DNA of 64,000 nt, from positions 1,216,001 to 1,280,000 of the forward strand of contig OZ244650.1 in the NCBI GenBank assembly GCA_965218785.1, in the 5' to 3' direction. Both the position numbers and the translations under genes were made by a program. Under the pieces are notes generated by a model. It was given only the letters and a program-made list of their open reading frames with translations. It was not told the DNA's origin and made no database searches. This DNA comes from Nitrosopumilus sp. (GTDB lineage Archaea > Thermoproteota > Nitrososphaeria > Nitrososphaerales > Nitrosopumilaceae). Below are positions 51,324 to 60,351 of this stretch, one piece after another. The number at the start of each line of letters is the position of its first letter. Position 1 is the stretch's first letter.

Positions 51324-52727
51324 TCACAAGGTTTCTGATGCAGTAAATACGATCGTGGTATCATCAGTGGTGGTAGCAGATCGATGGTTGGCGGCTTCTG
51401 TATCAGAGCCTGCAGCTATAACGGCAAGTGTCTTGATTGTGTTGGGAGTATTAGCAGTATTACGTGGTATAACCAGTGGAAGATCCCCTCCATACACTAG
51501 TGCCAGTGTGGTATCATCTACCTTAACAAGCGCGTTGAATGCACCGTTTGCCATATCATGCTCAAATGGTCCGCCTGTCTCAGTCAGACCGGTGTCGGTT
51601 ATATCATATATCCGAATAAAGCCGTCGCCGTCTTCACCCCTGTATGCGACTGCCAGCGTGTTAGAGTCCAGCAGGGCCAGTGAGTTGAGGTGTACACGTT
51701 CCTCAGATGTCGCGTCTGCCGCGCCATTATAATACGTTACAGTCTCACCCCTTTGTTCAACTATGCCATTTGCATCAACATCAAATACCTTGATGCGTCC
51801 AGACCCGTCATCTGTAACTTTATTGTTGCCAATCTCAGAGTATGCAAGTGCGACAGTGGTACCATCTACTCGGACAAGGGATGCATACGCCGTTCTGTCA
51901 TCATCGTGTTCAAGGTCTTCGACGGAATTGGCAGTCAGCACGGGCGTGCCAGTAGATGAGACATCGTATGTCCGTATGTGTCCATCGGCACCGCCATCAC
52001 GGTATGCGACTACAACCGTGTTATCATCCAGGGTTACCACGGATGGGTACCGTCCCTGGTTCGAGGCAAGTGATACAGGAGTACTGGCACTCAGCGCGCC
52101 ACCATCGGCAATGCTGATAGTCCGGATAAAGCCATTAGCAGGGATTCCTTGCGAGTATGCAAGTATCAGCGTGTCTGCATCAAGTGTTGTCAAGGACTGA
52201 CTAAATATGTCTCCGCCACCGGGATCCTCAGCATATTCTAGAGTCATTTCATTGTCAAATGGCGTCGTCATAGAACTGGGATCAACATCATATGTTGTAA
52301 TATAGCCTGAATGAATAGCGGTAACACCGACCACATATGAAACGGCAATTGTATTATTATCTACGGCTGTAATAGAGGTAGCTCTTGGATTCGAATTTGC
52401 ATCAGTAGTAGGGATATTTTCATTTTCACCAGTAGTACCCACTAGCTGGCTGCCAATCACTGAGATCTGCCCGTCAGTTATGGAGTATAGTCTGATAACG
52501 GTATCATGATTCCGAGTGGTAGTACCCGAAGTTACAGTGTGTGAGGAGACATAGTAGTTCCCATCAAGATGTACCAGGTTGTGTCGGTATCCGTCATTTG
52601 GAAGGGCAAGTGAGTCTATTTTAGACAGGACATTAGTTGTGGTCTGGGCATGCGCATCTGATAGTGCCATTCCGGCAGAGAAGGTAAAAAGTATCGCAAG
52701 CAGGCCAGCAAGAGATAAAAGCATCAT
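51324..52727 (-). CDS. N-terminal part of the giant surface protein: Sec signal peptide plus one propeller-like module
   Basis: MMLLSLAGLLAILFTFSAGMALSDAHA|Q signal; the LPNDGYRHNL..TLAVAYRG..PFEHD..NTIKT module is homologous to five copies in the main ORF. Confidence 0.85.
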   Translation of the reverse strand: MMLLSLAGLLAILFTFSAGMALSDAHAQTTTNVLSKIDSLALPNDGYRHNLVHLDGNYYVSSHTVTSGTTTRNHDTVIRLYSITDGQISVIGSQLVGTTGENENIPTTDANSNPRATSITAVDNNTIAVSYVVGVTAIHSGYITTYDVDPSSMTTPFDNEMTLEYAEDPGGGDIFSQSLTTLDADTLILAYSQGIPANGFIRTISIADGGALSASTPVSLASNQGRYPSVVTLDDNTVVVAYRDGGADGHIRTYDVSSTGTPVLTANSVEDLEHDDDRTAYASLVRVDGTTVALAYSEIGNNKVTDDGSGRIKVFDVDANGIVEQRGETVTYYNGAADATSEERVHLNSLALLDSNTLAVAYRGEDGDGFIRIYDITDTGLTETGGPFEHDMANGAFNALVKVDDTTLALVYGGDLPLVIPRNTANTPNTIKTLAVIAAGSDTEAANHRSATTTDDTTIVFTASETL

Positions 52728-52888
52728 GGGACATCAAAAGGGTCGTTGCCACGGTACGGCAATATGTAAGATAACCCTCTCCCATAATCACTACAATTTA
52801 AAACCAAACTGTATTTTTGAGGTAAATACCGCTTAAAAAGATATTCTTAGATCAGGCGTAAATGTTAGGTTCAGATAAATGTAATTGC

Positions 52889-52929
52889 TATGATCAGTCC
52901 GATCTAAACGATCTGGTGTGGATTCAGGG
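52889..52929. repeat. Imperfect ~41-bp repeat; inverted partner of 11601-11642
   Basis: Shared core TATGwTCArTCCGATCTAAA. Confidence 0.55.
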
Positions 52930-53195
52930 TCACACTCAAATCAAGAGTTTATGAGATGAGACTGACAGAGAAAAGATAGCAGATTGGCAGACATGTTGCA
53001 GATAATAGAGGAGTGAAAACTTGTAATCATAAAACTAGTTTGTACCCAAGATGATGTGATGGTCTTGCAAAGCTCAAAAACACGGATGAAGAAGGAGGGC
53101 GTGGTAGGGGGAGGCAGTAACATTTTCTTGAGAATTTTTTTGATACCGAATCCAATTCCATCTTATAACTAAATTCGTAATAATTATATTCTATT

Positions 53196-53263
53196 ATGTA
53201 ATTTATTACATGATATTAGGGAACTATATAAATAATAAATATATGGTATGTTACCAATAACAT
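53196..53263 (+). promoter_or_regulatory. Two ATGTWA-N4-TWACAT palindromes bracketing a TATA box; probable autoregulatory operator
   Basis: ATGTAATTTATTACAT at 53196-53211; TATATAAAT at ~53225-53233; ATGTTACCAATAACAT at 53248-53263, overlapping the ATG. Confidence 0.65.
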
Positions 53264-53615
53264 GATGTCTGAAACAGTATCCAAAACAATTCCCGAGTCT
53301 GATCGAAAAGTTCTGGAACTGGGACCATTAGAAGATACGTTTCCATGTTACAGATCAAAGATTCTGGATTTTCTAATTGTATTTGATGATTATGACTATT
53401 CAGTTTCAGATATTGCAAGATATTCTGGAATATCATTCAAAACTGCTCTAAATGAAATAAGAACTCTTGAATCAGAATCCCTCATAACGGGAGCCAGACG
53501 ATCAGGCAGGGCAATAATGTATAGGCTTAATCTGGATTCAAAACAGGTTCAACTAATCGGTCAGCTCGCAAAAGAGATTGCAGTTAGACGAATAAAAGAA
53601 TCTCAGAAAAAATAA
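53262..53615 (+). CDS. Winged-helix (ArsR-like) transcriptional regulator
   Basis: SKILDFLIVFDDYDYSVSDIARYSGISFKTALNEIRTLESESLI..GRAIMYRLN. Confidence 0.85.
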   Translation: MMSETVSKTIPESDRKVLELGPLEDTFPCYRSKILDFLIVFDDYDYSVSDIARYSGISFKTALNEIRTLESESLITGARRSGRAIMYRLNLDSKQVQLIGQLAKEIAVRRIKESQKK

Positions 53616-53698
53616 TCTGTGATTTTTTTTGATCAATGTCTTGATTTGAAAAGACGGGAATTGACAGGTTATCTAGTATTTTTTCTTCTTTCTTTTTC

Positions 53699-53758
53699 CT
53701 AAAAAACATCGGCCAAAGATTCACCGTATGCGTCTTCAACAAGGCAAGAAAATGTCAT
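53699..53758 (-). pseudogene. Truncated partner gene of the ABC ATPase (TOPRIM/DUF4276-like N-terminus)
   Basis: ATGA overlap with the ATPase stop codon; MTFSCLVEDAYGESLADVF*. Confidence 0.5.
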
Positions 53759-55047
53759 AAATTCCCATCAAAATAAGTATCACTAAACGTCATTTCAGTA
53801 TCAAGTAGCTGCTTTGTTAATTCCTCGATATTGTTGATATGACTAAAACTGCTAGATGAACTAACACGTTCAGTTAGTATGATGTCATTTAGATCACAAA
53901 GATCCATTATATGTGGAGAATGCGTAGTCATAAAAACAATTGTATCCTCACAACGACTACATTCTTGTAAAATATATCGAATTATACCTGAATGCAGTGA
54001 ATTCTCAATCTCATCAATTAATAGTATTGTGAGTTTCAAATGTAATGCCGTTAAAATAAATAACGTTCTCAACAGACCGTCAGGAAGACTTTTTGAGGTG
54101 TATGTTATAGTATCATATGTTGCATTTAATGTGATCGTACCTTCTTGATTTAGATTAAAACCTAGCTCCCACCCCGGAAATAATGTTTGCATTGCATTTT
54201 CTATAATGCCTGGAAATCGTTTATTGTTTTGTAAAAACCGATTGTATAACAAAATAATTAAACCATTACCATGTTCATCTAACTGATATTGTTGGTCATA
54301 ATTTTCAGAAATGCGCACATTACAAATTGATTTTACAGATAATACGCTGTAAAAATTTAAAGAATGCATAACACTAGTGAATAATGGCTCTCCGTTTCCA
54401 TCGGGATGGACAAAAACATTAGAAATACATGCCATATTACCATTTAATGAACCATATGCAAAATCTTTGTTGTAACTAAATCGTGAACGATGTATGAAAT
54501 CCATTATTGATCTTGAATCCTCAATCATTGTTTTTTGGGTTCCTGTATCTAGCAAAAATTGAAATAATTGATTTTCATGTTTATCTGACGCTGTTCTAAT
54601 TTGTTCTAATTTATCTAGTAATTTTCGAGGGTATGATACAACAAATTCCTTATATTGTCTTTTAATAGTGCATACATCTGTTACCTGTAAAAATTCATAA
54701 AGAAAGGTTACAGATTCATTCATTCCATTTATTTTTGCCTGATAATGAAATGCATGTTCATTCACCTTGCCTTTAATTTCAAATTCTATAATTTGATCAG
54801 TGTTGAGTTTATGACAGACATTTTGATATCCGCCCCATCTGCTAAATGGGTATGATGGTGACTTGGTCGGTCTGATAATTTTTTGTAATAATAGAAAAAA
54901 TTCCAGAAAATTTGTTTTACCTGAACCATTGGGACCAATTAGTACATTTAATTTGTTTATTGATACATCTATATCCGCTAGACTCTTAAATCCGTTAACT
55001 TTAATTTCTTCTATTTTTAGCATGTTGGAATTAGAAAAATTTATCAT
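53755..55047 (-). CDS. AAA_21/OLD-like ABC ATPase (defence-associated type)
   Basis: IKVNGFKSL; Walker A GPNGSGKTN; degenerate signature LPDGLLR; Walker B ILLIDEIENSLH; H-loop MTTHSP. Confidence 0.88.
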   Translation of the reverse strand: MINFSNSNMLKIEEIKVNGFKSLADIDVSINKLNVLIGPNGSGKTNFLEFFLLLQKIIRPTKSPSYPFSRWGGYQNVCHKLNTDQIIEFEIKGKVNEHAFHYQAKINGMNESVTFLYEFLQVTDVCTIKRQYKEFVVSYPRKLLDKLEQIRTASDKHENQLFQFLLDTGTQKTMIEDSRSIMDFIHRSRFSYNKDFAYGSLNGNMACISNVFVHPDGNGEPLFTSVMHSLNFYSVLSVKSICNVRISENYDQQYQLDEHGNGLIILLYNRFLQNNKRFPGIIENAMQTLFPGWELGFNLNQEGTITLNATYDTITYTSKSLPDGLLRTLFILTALHLKLTILLIDEIENSLHSGIIRYILQECSRCEDTIVFMTTHSPHIMDLCDLNDIILTERVSSSSSFSHINNIEELTKQLLDTEMTFSDTYFDGNL

Positions 55048-55192
55048 CTATTTATCTGTAAAACAGAAAGGGTCTGTAATCTGCAAGACCCAGAATAGAA
55101 CCCCTAGGTGCAGGATGTACTGATGGCAGAATCGGTTTCTAGTTGTGGTAAATCTTTTTTATCACACATTACCAACAAACATCTGATGTAAT

Positions 55193-55885
55193 TTGGCAAA
55201 GGGCAAGACGTTGATCATACCTGACATTCATATGAACTATCTGGATGCAGAGCTGATAATATCCTCAGAGCATCCTGACAAAGTGGTGTTTCTCGGCGAT
55301 TACTTTGACTCTTTTGGGGATACCCTGGAACTAGCAGAGCAGACTGCACACTGGCTGTCGCACTCTATCCGTGATAAAAACAGGGTTCACCTTGTTGGAA
55401 ACCACGATCTTGGGTACATGACTGATCTATTACATCTGAAATCCGCGGGTTTTACTGAATACAAAAAACATGCAATAGACATGCATCAAATCGCCTGGGA
55501 CAAGATGCGGTTGTACTACTTTCTTGATGACTGGCTTTGCACACATGCTGGAGTAAGCAGACAGTTCTTTGAGAAATACGGCAAAAAGAATCTAGTTGAG
55601 TTTATGAGGCAATCCGGCGAGGACATCAAACATATCAACAGTGCAGGATACCAGCACAGATTCCTGCAGTGCGGCAGGTCTAGAGGCGGGCAACATGAAC
55701 ACGGTGGAATTCTTTGGTGCGACTATGACGAGTTTGAGGATATTGCAGGACAAAAACAGATATTCGGTCACACCCGTGATGCAAATGTAAGGCAGGCATC
55801 AAACCACATCTGCATTGATACCGGACTGTCCCATTATGCAGTGTACCAGGATAGCAAGATGAACATCAAAAAATTCACAAAATAG
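55193..55885 (+). CDS. Calcineurin-like metallophosphoesterase
   Basis: Motifs DIH, GDYFD, GNHD, THAG, FGHT and IDTG. Confidence 0.9.
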   Translation: MAKGKTLIIPDIHMNYLDAELIISSEHPDKVVFLGDYFDSFGDTLELAEQTAHWLSHSIRDKNRVHLVGNHDLGYMTDLLHLKSAGFTEYKKHAIDMHQIAWDKMRLYYFLDDWLCTHAGVSRQFFEKYGKKNLVEFMRQSGEDIKHINSAGYQHRFLQCGRSRGGQHEHGGILWCDYDEFEDIAGQKQIFGHTRDANVRQASNHICIDTGLSHYAVYQDSKMNIKKFTK

Positions 55886-56069
55886 GGACATGCTAATTTA
55901 CCACTTTATAACGACCAGACAGAGCATCTTGAATAAATGGATTGCAGAAGAAATACAAAGTTTCAATCAGGGGAAGATGTGTTCGAGTCTTGATTATTGG
56001 GCAGGCCCATCATCCATCTTTACTGTCAATCCAGTCTTTGTGTGTGACTTGTGGAATCCTACGCAGTGA

Positions 56070-56567
56070 TTAGCTTCTTTCTGCAATGTGGAAGACTGTT
56101 TTTTGATTAACCACGACGGCATCATCTACAGGAGTCGTTGCAATAACCTGAAAAGCCAGGCGTCCGCCATAGTATGGAATCATTATGCAGTCACTCTTTA
56201 TCAAAGGAATACTATCCAAGGTATCTGCAAGATATTTCTCGTCAACTAGAGGAATTGTCTCCAATGGCGCCACCGTTATCTTTTCTGCGGCTACTGCATC
56301 TATTTTTCTGGGTGAAACTGTATCTTTGAGTTCAATTCCCGAATTATGTCTGGTCAACCCGTCAATTCTGATAATTTTCCTTCCTTCATCAGATGGGTAC
56401 AACGGAAGGCATTTTGTCACCGTTCTTCTTTTACCATTTATCTCTAGTACGTCGCCAGTTGAGACATCAAGCGCAGTCATGGAATCATGATCAATTCTTG
56501 CCACCGTCCTGCCAACGTCCCTTGTATATGCATCAAGAACCTCAAGTGACAGGGGATTTTGACTCAT
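56070..56567 (-). CDS. Stand-alone CDC48/VAT N-terminal domain (no ATPase domains)
   Basis: LEVLDAYTRDVGRTVARID..LYPSDEGRKIIRIDGLTRHNSG..IPYYGGRLAFQV; clean stop after the N-domain. Confidence 0.85.
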   Translation of the reverse strand: MSQNPLSLEVLDAYTRDVGRTVARIDHDSMTALDVSTGDVLEINGKRRTVTKCLPLYPSDEGRKIIRIDGLTRHNSGIELKDTVSPRKIDAVAAEKITVAPLETIPLVDEKYLADTLDSIPLIKSDCIMIPYYGGRLAFQVIATTPVDDAVVVNQKTVFHIAERS

Positions 56568-56610
56568 ACAGCAAATACTCTACATGATTTTTATATCTTT
56601 GTGGTGGTGG

Positions 56611-56740
56611 GGACCTCTCTAGAATGAGAACACTCAGATACATACACTTTTTGAGCAAGTTGGGAGGTAAAACACCGTGGTAAAGAGCAAATTCACCCCA
56701 CAGGAAAAGGCAAGAATAGTCCTGGAATCCATAAACACCT
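56611..56740 (+). mobile_element. IS3-family left-end remnant (IRL-like sequence plus start of OrfA)
   Basis: GACCTCTCTAGAATGAGAACACT, then a GGAGGT RBS and GTG-started VKSKFTPQEKARIVLESINT, after which the similarity breaks off. Confidence 0.6.
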
Positions 56741-57459
56741 GGCTATTCTATTTTATCATACATGACAAATATTTTTGCGTGACATACCGAGCTGTTTCAG
56801 AAAAACTGATCAGCAAGGGCTACAAATAATATCAGATGCAGTGATGCGCCAGATAACAAAAGCTCAAAAAAATGCTGATCACGGAAATCACATGCCGGTT
56901 TTTATGCCGGCATTTCCAACACCGCAACGGCAGTTGCAGCAGGCTCCACATACTCCAGATAGTCCCGATAAATGCCTCTGTACGTTAATCTGATTCAGGT
57001 AAAACAAGTCAGCGGTATTTACCAGAACCAAGCCAACTGTTCATGTTTACCGCATCAGGTAAACCTGCCGATAATTGGCAGGACACATGCTAAACCGCGG
57101 CAACAGCAATAAGGGTGTGCGACACTCATGACTGCCAACAAATGAGAGTTTGGATCTGATGACATTCATTTGGGATGACACAAAAAAAGAAAACAAATAC
57201 GACACACTGCTTGAGGCACAGATCAGTTGCAGTTTACAGATTTCCATGCCGGATCTTCAGACACCGCATTTGCACGTTACAACCCACGAGATGTGACAGA
57301 GATAACATGACCCGGTTTATTTTTAAAAAATATTTTTGAGGGTCATTCATTATTATCCATTATTGCATCCGTTGATCTGCAGATGACAATGTTCAAACAT
57401 TACAGATACATACTCTGAAATACATACATCTAAAACAGTAGACGGGAATCAGATATCAT

Positions 57460-57837
57460 CTAAATCTCGACTGTGATTTTCTTGATTTTGGTAATTAGGC
57501 GGATTTTTGTGTCGATTGGCATCTCAGGCTCCATTGCAAAATAAACAATGTTTCTTTTGGTGTAAATTACCATTTGAGAGACCTTTTCCCTTTCAACATG
57601 CACGTATCGTACCTTTCCAAGGGTCTTGTCAAACTCTTTTCTCATCGCCCTTCTTTGTGCGACCTGTTTGCAAAAGTGCTCCTCCTCTTTTTGCGACTCG
57701 AGACTGGTTTTGCCCGTCTTCATGATCGCCTCACGGATCTTTCCCTTTGAATCAATTATCGCCGCAAATCTCATTTGTGGATCCAGATTGAGGATTTTTT
57801 GAACAATGCGTAGCAGGTCGGTTTTTTTCTCAGCCAT
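57460..57837 (-). CDS. Thaumarchaeal roadblock/PAS-like small protein (DUF6659-like)
   Basis: DPQMRFAAIIDSKG..RKEFDKTLGKVRYVHVEREKV. Confidence 0.75.
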   Translation of the reverse strand: MAEKKTDLLRIVQKILNLDPQMRFAAIIDSKGKIREAIMKTGKTSLESQKEEEHFCKQVAQRRAMRKEFDKTLGKVRYVHVEREKVSQMVIYTKRNIVYFAMEPEMPIDTKIRLITKIKKITVEI

Positions 57838-57920
57838 CTAATTGAAAAATTTCCTTACTAAATATAATCTAATGAATGTTTTTCGGGAACGATTAAATCA
57901 TTTTAAAAATATGCCAGTAT

Positions 57921-58538
57921 ATGACGAGATCAATTTTCAGGATCCTGGAGGAACTAGACATACAGTCAAATCTGGAAAAAACACGAAAAGTCAAGACCGC
58001 ACCGGAGGATAGAATGCTGGCAATAACAAGGGATACAGGAAAGTTGCTAAACGTGATTTTACACATGAAAAACGCAAAAAATATGCTCGAGATAGGAACA
58101 TCAACCGGGTATTCCACGATATGGTGTGCAGAAGCCATTTCCAAGCAATCAGGGATGATCATCACAATCGAGCAGAATCCAAACAAGATTAAAAGGGCAA
58201 AAGAGAATTTTCAAAAGGCGGGGGTCTCAGATACGATCACGGTAAGGGAGGGGCAGGCAGCGGGGATACTTGCCGAGTTAAATTCGGGACTGGGATACAG
58301 GGAGTTTTTCGACCTTGTTTTAATTGACGCAGACAAGGAGAACGTCATAAGATATTTTGATCTGGTTCTGCCAATGGTAAAAACGCGTGGAATAATAGTA
58401 ACAGACAACATGCTGTATCCTGAAAAATACAGGGAGCACATGAAAAAATTTTCAAATCATCTCAAAAAAAATCCAAATCTTCGTACAGAGACGCTGGAGA
58501 TTGGCAACGGGGAGGAAATTACGATAAAGTTATCCTAG
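57921..58538 (+). CDS. Class I SAM-dependent O-methyltransferase (COMT/Methyltransf_3 type)
   Basis: MLEIGTSTGYSTIW, FDLVLIDADK and GIIVTDN. Confidence 0.9.
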   Translation: MTRSIFRILEELDIQSNLEKTRKVKTAPEDRMLAITRDTGKLLNVILHMKNAKNMLEIGTSTGYSTIWCAEAISKQSGMIITIEQNPNKIKRAKENFQKAGVSDTITVREGQAAGILAELNSGLGYREFFDLVLIDADKENVIRYFDLVLPMVKTRGIIVTDNMLYPEKYREHMKKFSNHLKKNPNLRTETLEIGNGEEITIKLS

Positions 58539-58611
58539 CAGTATGGCCTGAGCATGCATCGTATGGCATGTTGTTCTTGCCGTTTATTAATCAGAAAAAA
58601 CGAGCCCACGT

Positions 58612-58818
58612 ATGAGGACAGGAATACCGCTAATCATTATAGGGACAGTCATGTTTGGAGTAGGACTGGTCTTATTTTACTCAATTGAGCTGGGACAGAC
58701 AGACGCCACGTTGAGGTTTATTAAAAACGGCGGCACCTTTATCGGCATCAGCGGGATGGGGGTGGGTTTGGCAGGCATCCTGCTATATCTCATCAGTAAA
58801 AACGAACCTCGCCGATGA
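58612..58818 (+). CDS. Small membrane protein with two TM helices
   Basis: Two hydrophobic helices. Confidence 0.7.
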   Translation: MRTGIPLIIIGTVMFGVGLVLFYSIELGQTDATLRFIKNGGTFIGISGMGVGLAGILLYLISKNEPRR

Positions 58819-59046
58819 TGATTGGGGATTCAAAAGAGTCATGTTTCTGCGTTTGTTTGTAGATGCAAATCAGTTACAGAAAGACGGCTGCTGGCGGAGT
58901 TCTTCGATGACATGATGTCGAGTATAAATGCCAAAGTGGCTTTGCCGGAATGATTTTCAGGATATGTTAATTGGCTTTTAGAGGCAGCAGATAGGGCATC
59001 GGCTGGCATGACTAAATTATTATAATAAAATAAACCAGCATCAGAT

Positions 59047-59472
59047 ATGCCTGAAAAGATCTGGATTGGGGCGATATATCTTAAGGAGGAGGGAGGATAC
59101 GAGATAGTTCTAAAATCACTAAAACATTACAAAAACAGATTAATGAGCATGGGTAACAGCCCGGAATTAAAAGATGCGGCTGCAATGTTTGCATCTGTTT
59201 TAAACCAGCAGGCAAGAAAAACAATTCCAAAAATTGACGAGGTGACTCGAAGGATTCATGACTGTCTGGTGGACAGTCAGTCAATTGGCAGGCTCTGTGA
59301 GGATGTTCCGTTTTTGGTGAAGGCGTTATCGTGTTATGAGGCAGACATTCACAAGGCATGGGATACGGGGCACGAGTACTTTGTGGGGATTGTGGGGGAC
59401 ATGGCAGAATCAAAAAACGATCTTAAAGCCATCAAGACGGCACTAGACAGGATAAAACAGTATTCAGGCTGA
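59047..59472 (+). CDS. Hypothetical helical protein
   Basis: 141-aa ORF with an upstream TATA-like tract; protein-like composition. Confidence 0.75.
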   Translation: MPEKIWIGAIYLKEEGGYEIVLKSLKHYKNRLMSMGNSPELKDAAAMFASVLNQQARKTIPKIDEVTRRIHDCLVDSQSIGRLCEDVPFLVKALSCYEADIHKAWDTGHEYFVGIVGDMAESKNDLKAIKTALDRIKQYSG

Positions 59473-59718
59473 TTTTGGTCCTTGCAGATACCAGTCAAGA
59501 TACGGCATCAGTGCAGCGCACATTTTCTTTTTTTCAGGTTCGCTTTTGGTGTTTTGAATCTTTTGAATTTTTCCTTGGAGGTATTTGGAGACATGCGGAC
59601 TGGTGAAAAAAGGCGTTATCTGATTCAGGGTATCGAGGATTCTTTCTGAAGAAATGTTTTCAAAATTGATCAGGATTTGGTTAATTTGATCCTCCAGTGA
59701 CATGTGATTTCTCGTCAT
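59464..59718 (-). CDS. Small hypothetical protein (start may be MSLEDQ at 59703)
   Basis: ORF track; ends LMPYLDWYLQG; convergent overlap with the previous gene. Confidence 0.65.
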   Translation of the reverse strand: MTRNHMSLEDQINQILINFENISSERILDTLNQITPFFTSPHVSKYLQGKIQKIQNTKSEPEKKKMCAALMPYLDWYLQGPKSA

Positions 59719-59762
59719 GGAATCCCGTTATTATCGTTGTTGTTGTTGTTATTGTTTGGGGG

Positions 59763-60008
59763 TCAGGTGAGATCATCGTCATCCCAAGTAAGCCGGAACT
59801 TTCCAGAAACCCTAAACATCTTAAATTTTCCACCCTTCTTGAAATTGAGCTTGTAGGATTTATGAGAGGTATCCTCAATCTCCAAAGTGACGCCATCTTT
59901 AATGGTTTGAAAGACCAGCGGGTCATTTGAAATTTGCTTCCATTCATCTTCTGCAAAATCCATATAGAATTTGGTGTACAGCAGCCCCATGAATTTCTTA
60001 GAAATCAC
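59763..60008 (-). CDS. Small beta-rich hypothetical protein
   Basis: MGLLYTKFYMDFAEDEWKQIS..GKFRLTWDDDDL. Confidence 0.7.
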   Translation of the reverse strand: MISKKFMGLLYTKFYMDFAEDEWKQISNDPLVFQTIKDGVTLEIEDTSHKSYKLNFKKGGKFKMFRVSGKFRLTWDDDDLT

Positions 60009-60062
60009 ACATGAATAAATGATTAGATGTGGCCTTGATCTTTTGAGATATGGTCATTCTCT

Positions 60063-60107
60063 GATTCTGGTGCAAATAGGGCTCTGATCACCAAATACGG
60101 CAGAACC
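60063..60107 (+). mobile_element. Palindromic mini-element, copy A (degenerate, 45 bp)
   Basis: GATTCTGGTGCAAATAGGGCTCTGATCACCAAATACGGCAGAACC aligns with copies B and C. Confidence 0.65.
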
Positions 60108-60120
60108 AACCAGGTTAAAG

Positions 60121-60331
60121 GAGGATTTTGATCGACTTGTTGCAGACATGAGATTTGGTCTGGCATAAAATCAAACATTTGGATATTCTTTTGGAATCTG
60201 GAGGAGGTGATATTGATGCAGCATATAAAATTCTTAACTTATTCAAAAGTTATGCAAATAAAATATCTGTAATAGTTCCTTTTTATGCTAAAAGTGCTGT
60301 AACGTTAATTGCCCAAGACGATAGAAGATGA
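60121..60331 (+). pseudogene. Fragment of an SDH_sah/Clp-fold serine protease
   Basis: HLDILLESGGGDIDAAYKILNLFKSYANKISVIVPFYAKSAVTLIA, with a stop a few codons later; the upstream portion is out of frame. Confidence 0.75.
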
Positions 60332-60351
60332 GATATTCCACTATTGTACTC

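Noticed and set aside
51324-51326. Selenocysteine or programmed readthrough at the TGA
   Set aside because: The position corresponds to a variable non-catalytic residue in the other repeats, and further frameshifts follow immediately.
11905-52836. Over 100 plus-strand and alternate-frame ORFs overlapping the giant gene, including the WYWYF and QKYQY repeat ORFs
   Set aside because: They are shadow ORFs caused by codon bias and repeats of the real minus-strand gene; they have no independent motifs.
52941-53123. 60-aa minus-strand ORF
   Set aside because: No motif or compositional support; the region looks like decayed intergenic DNA.
56740-57340. Possible ISH3/IS4-like remnant on the minus strand (GIKTG resembling WGIETGY)
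   Set aside because: Too degenerate to support without a search.
59731-59757. (GTT)n microsatellite
   Set aside because: Short, intergenic, with no evident functional link.
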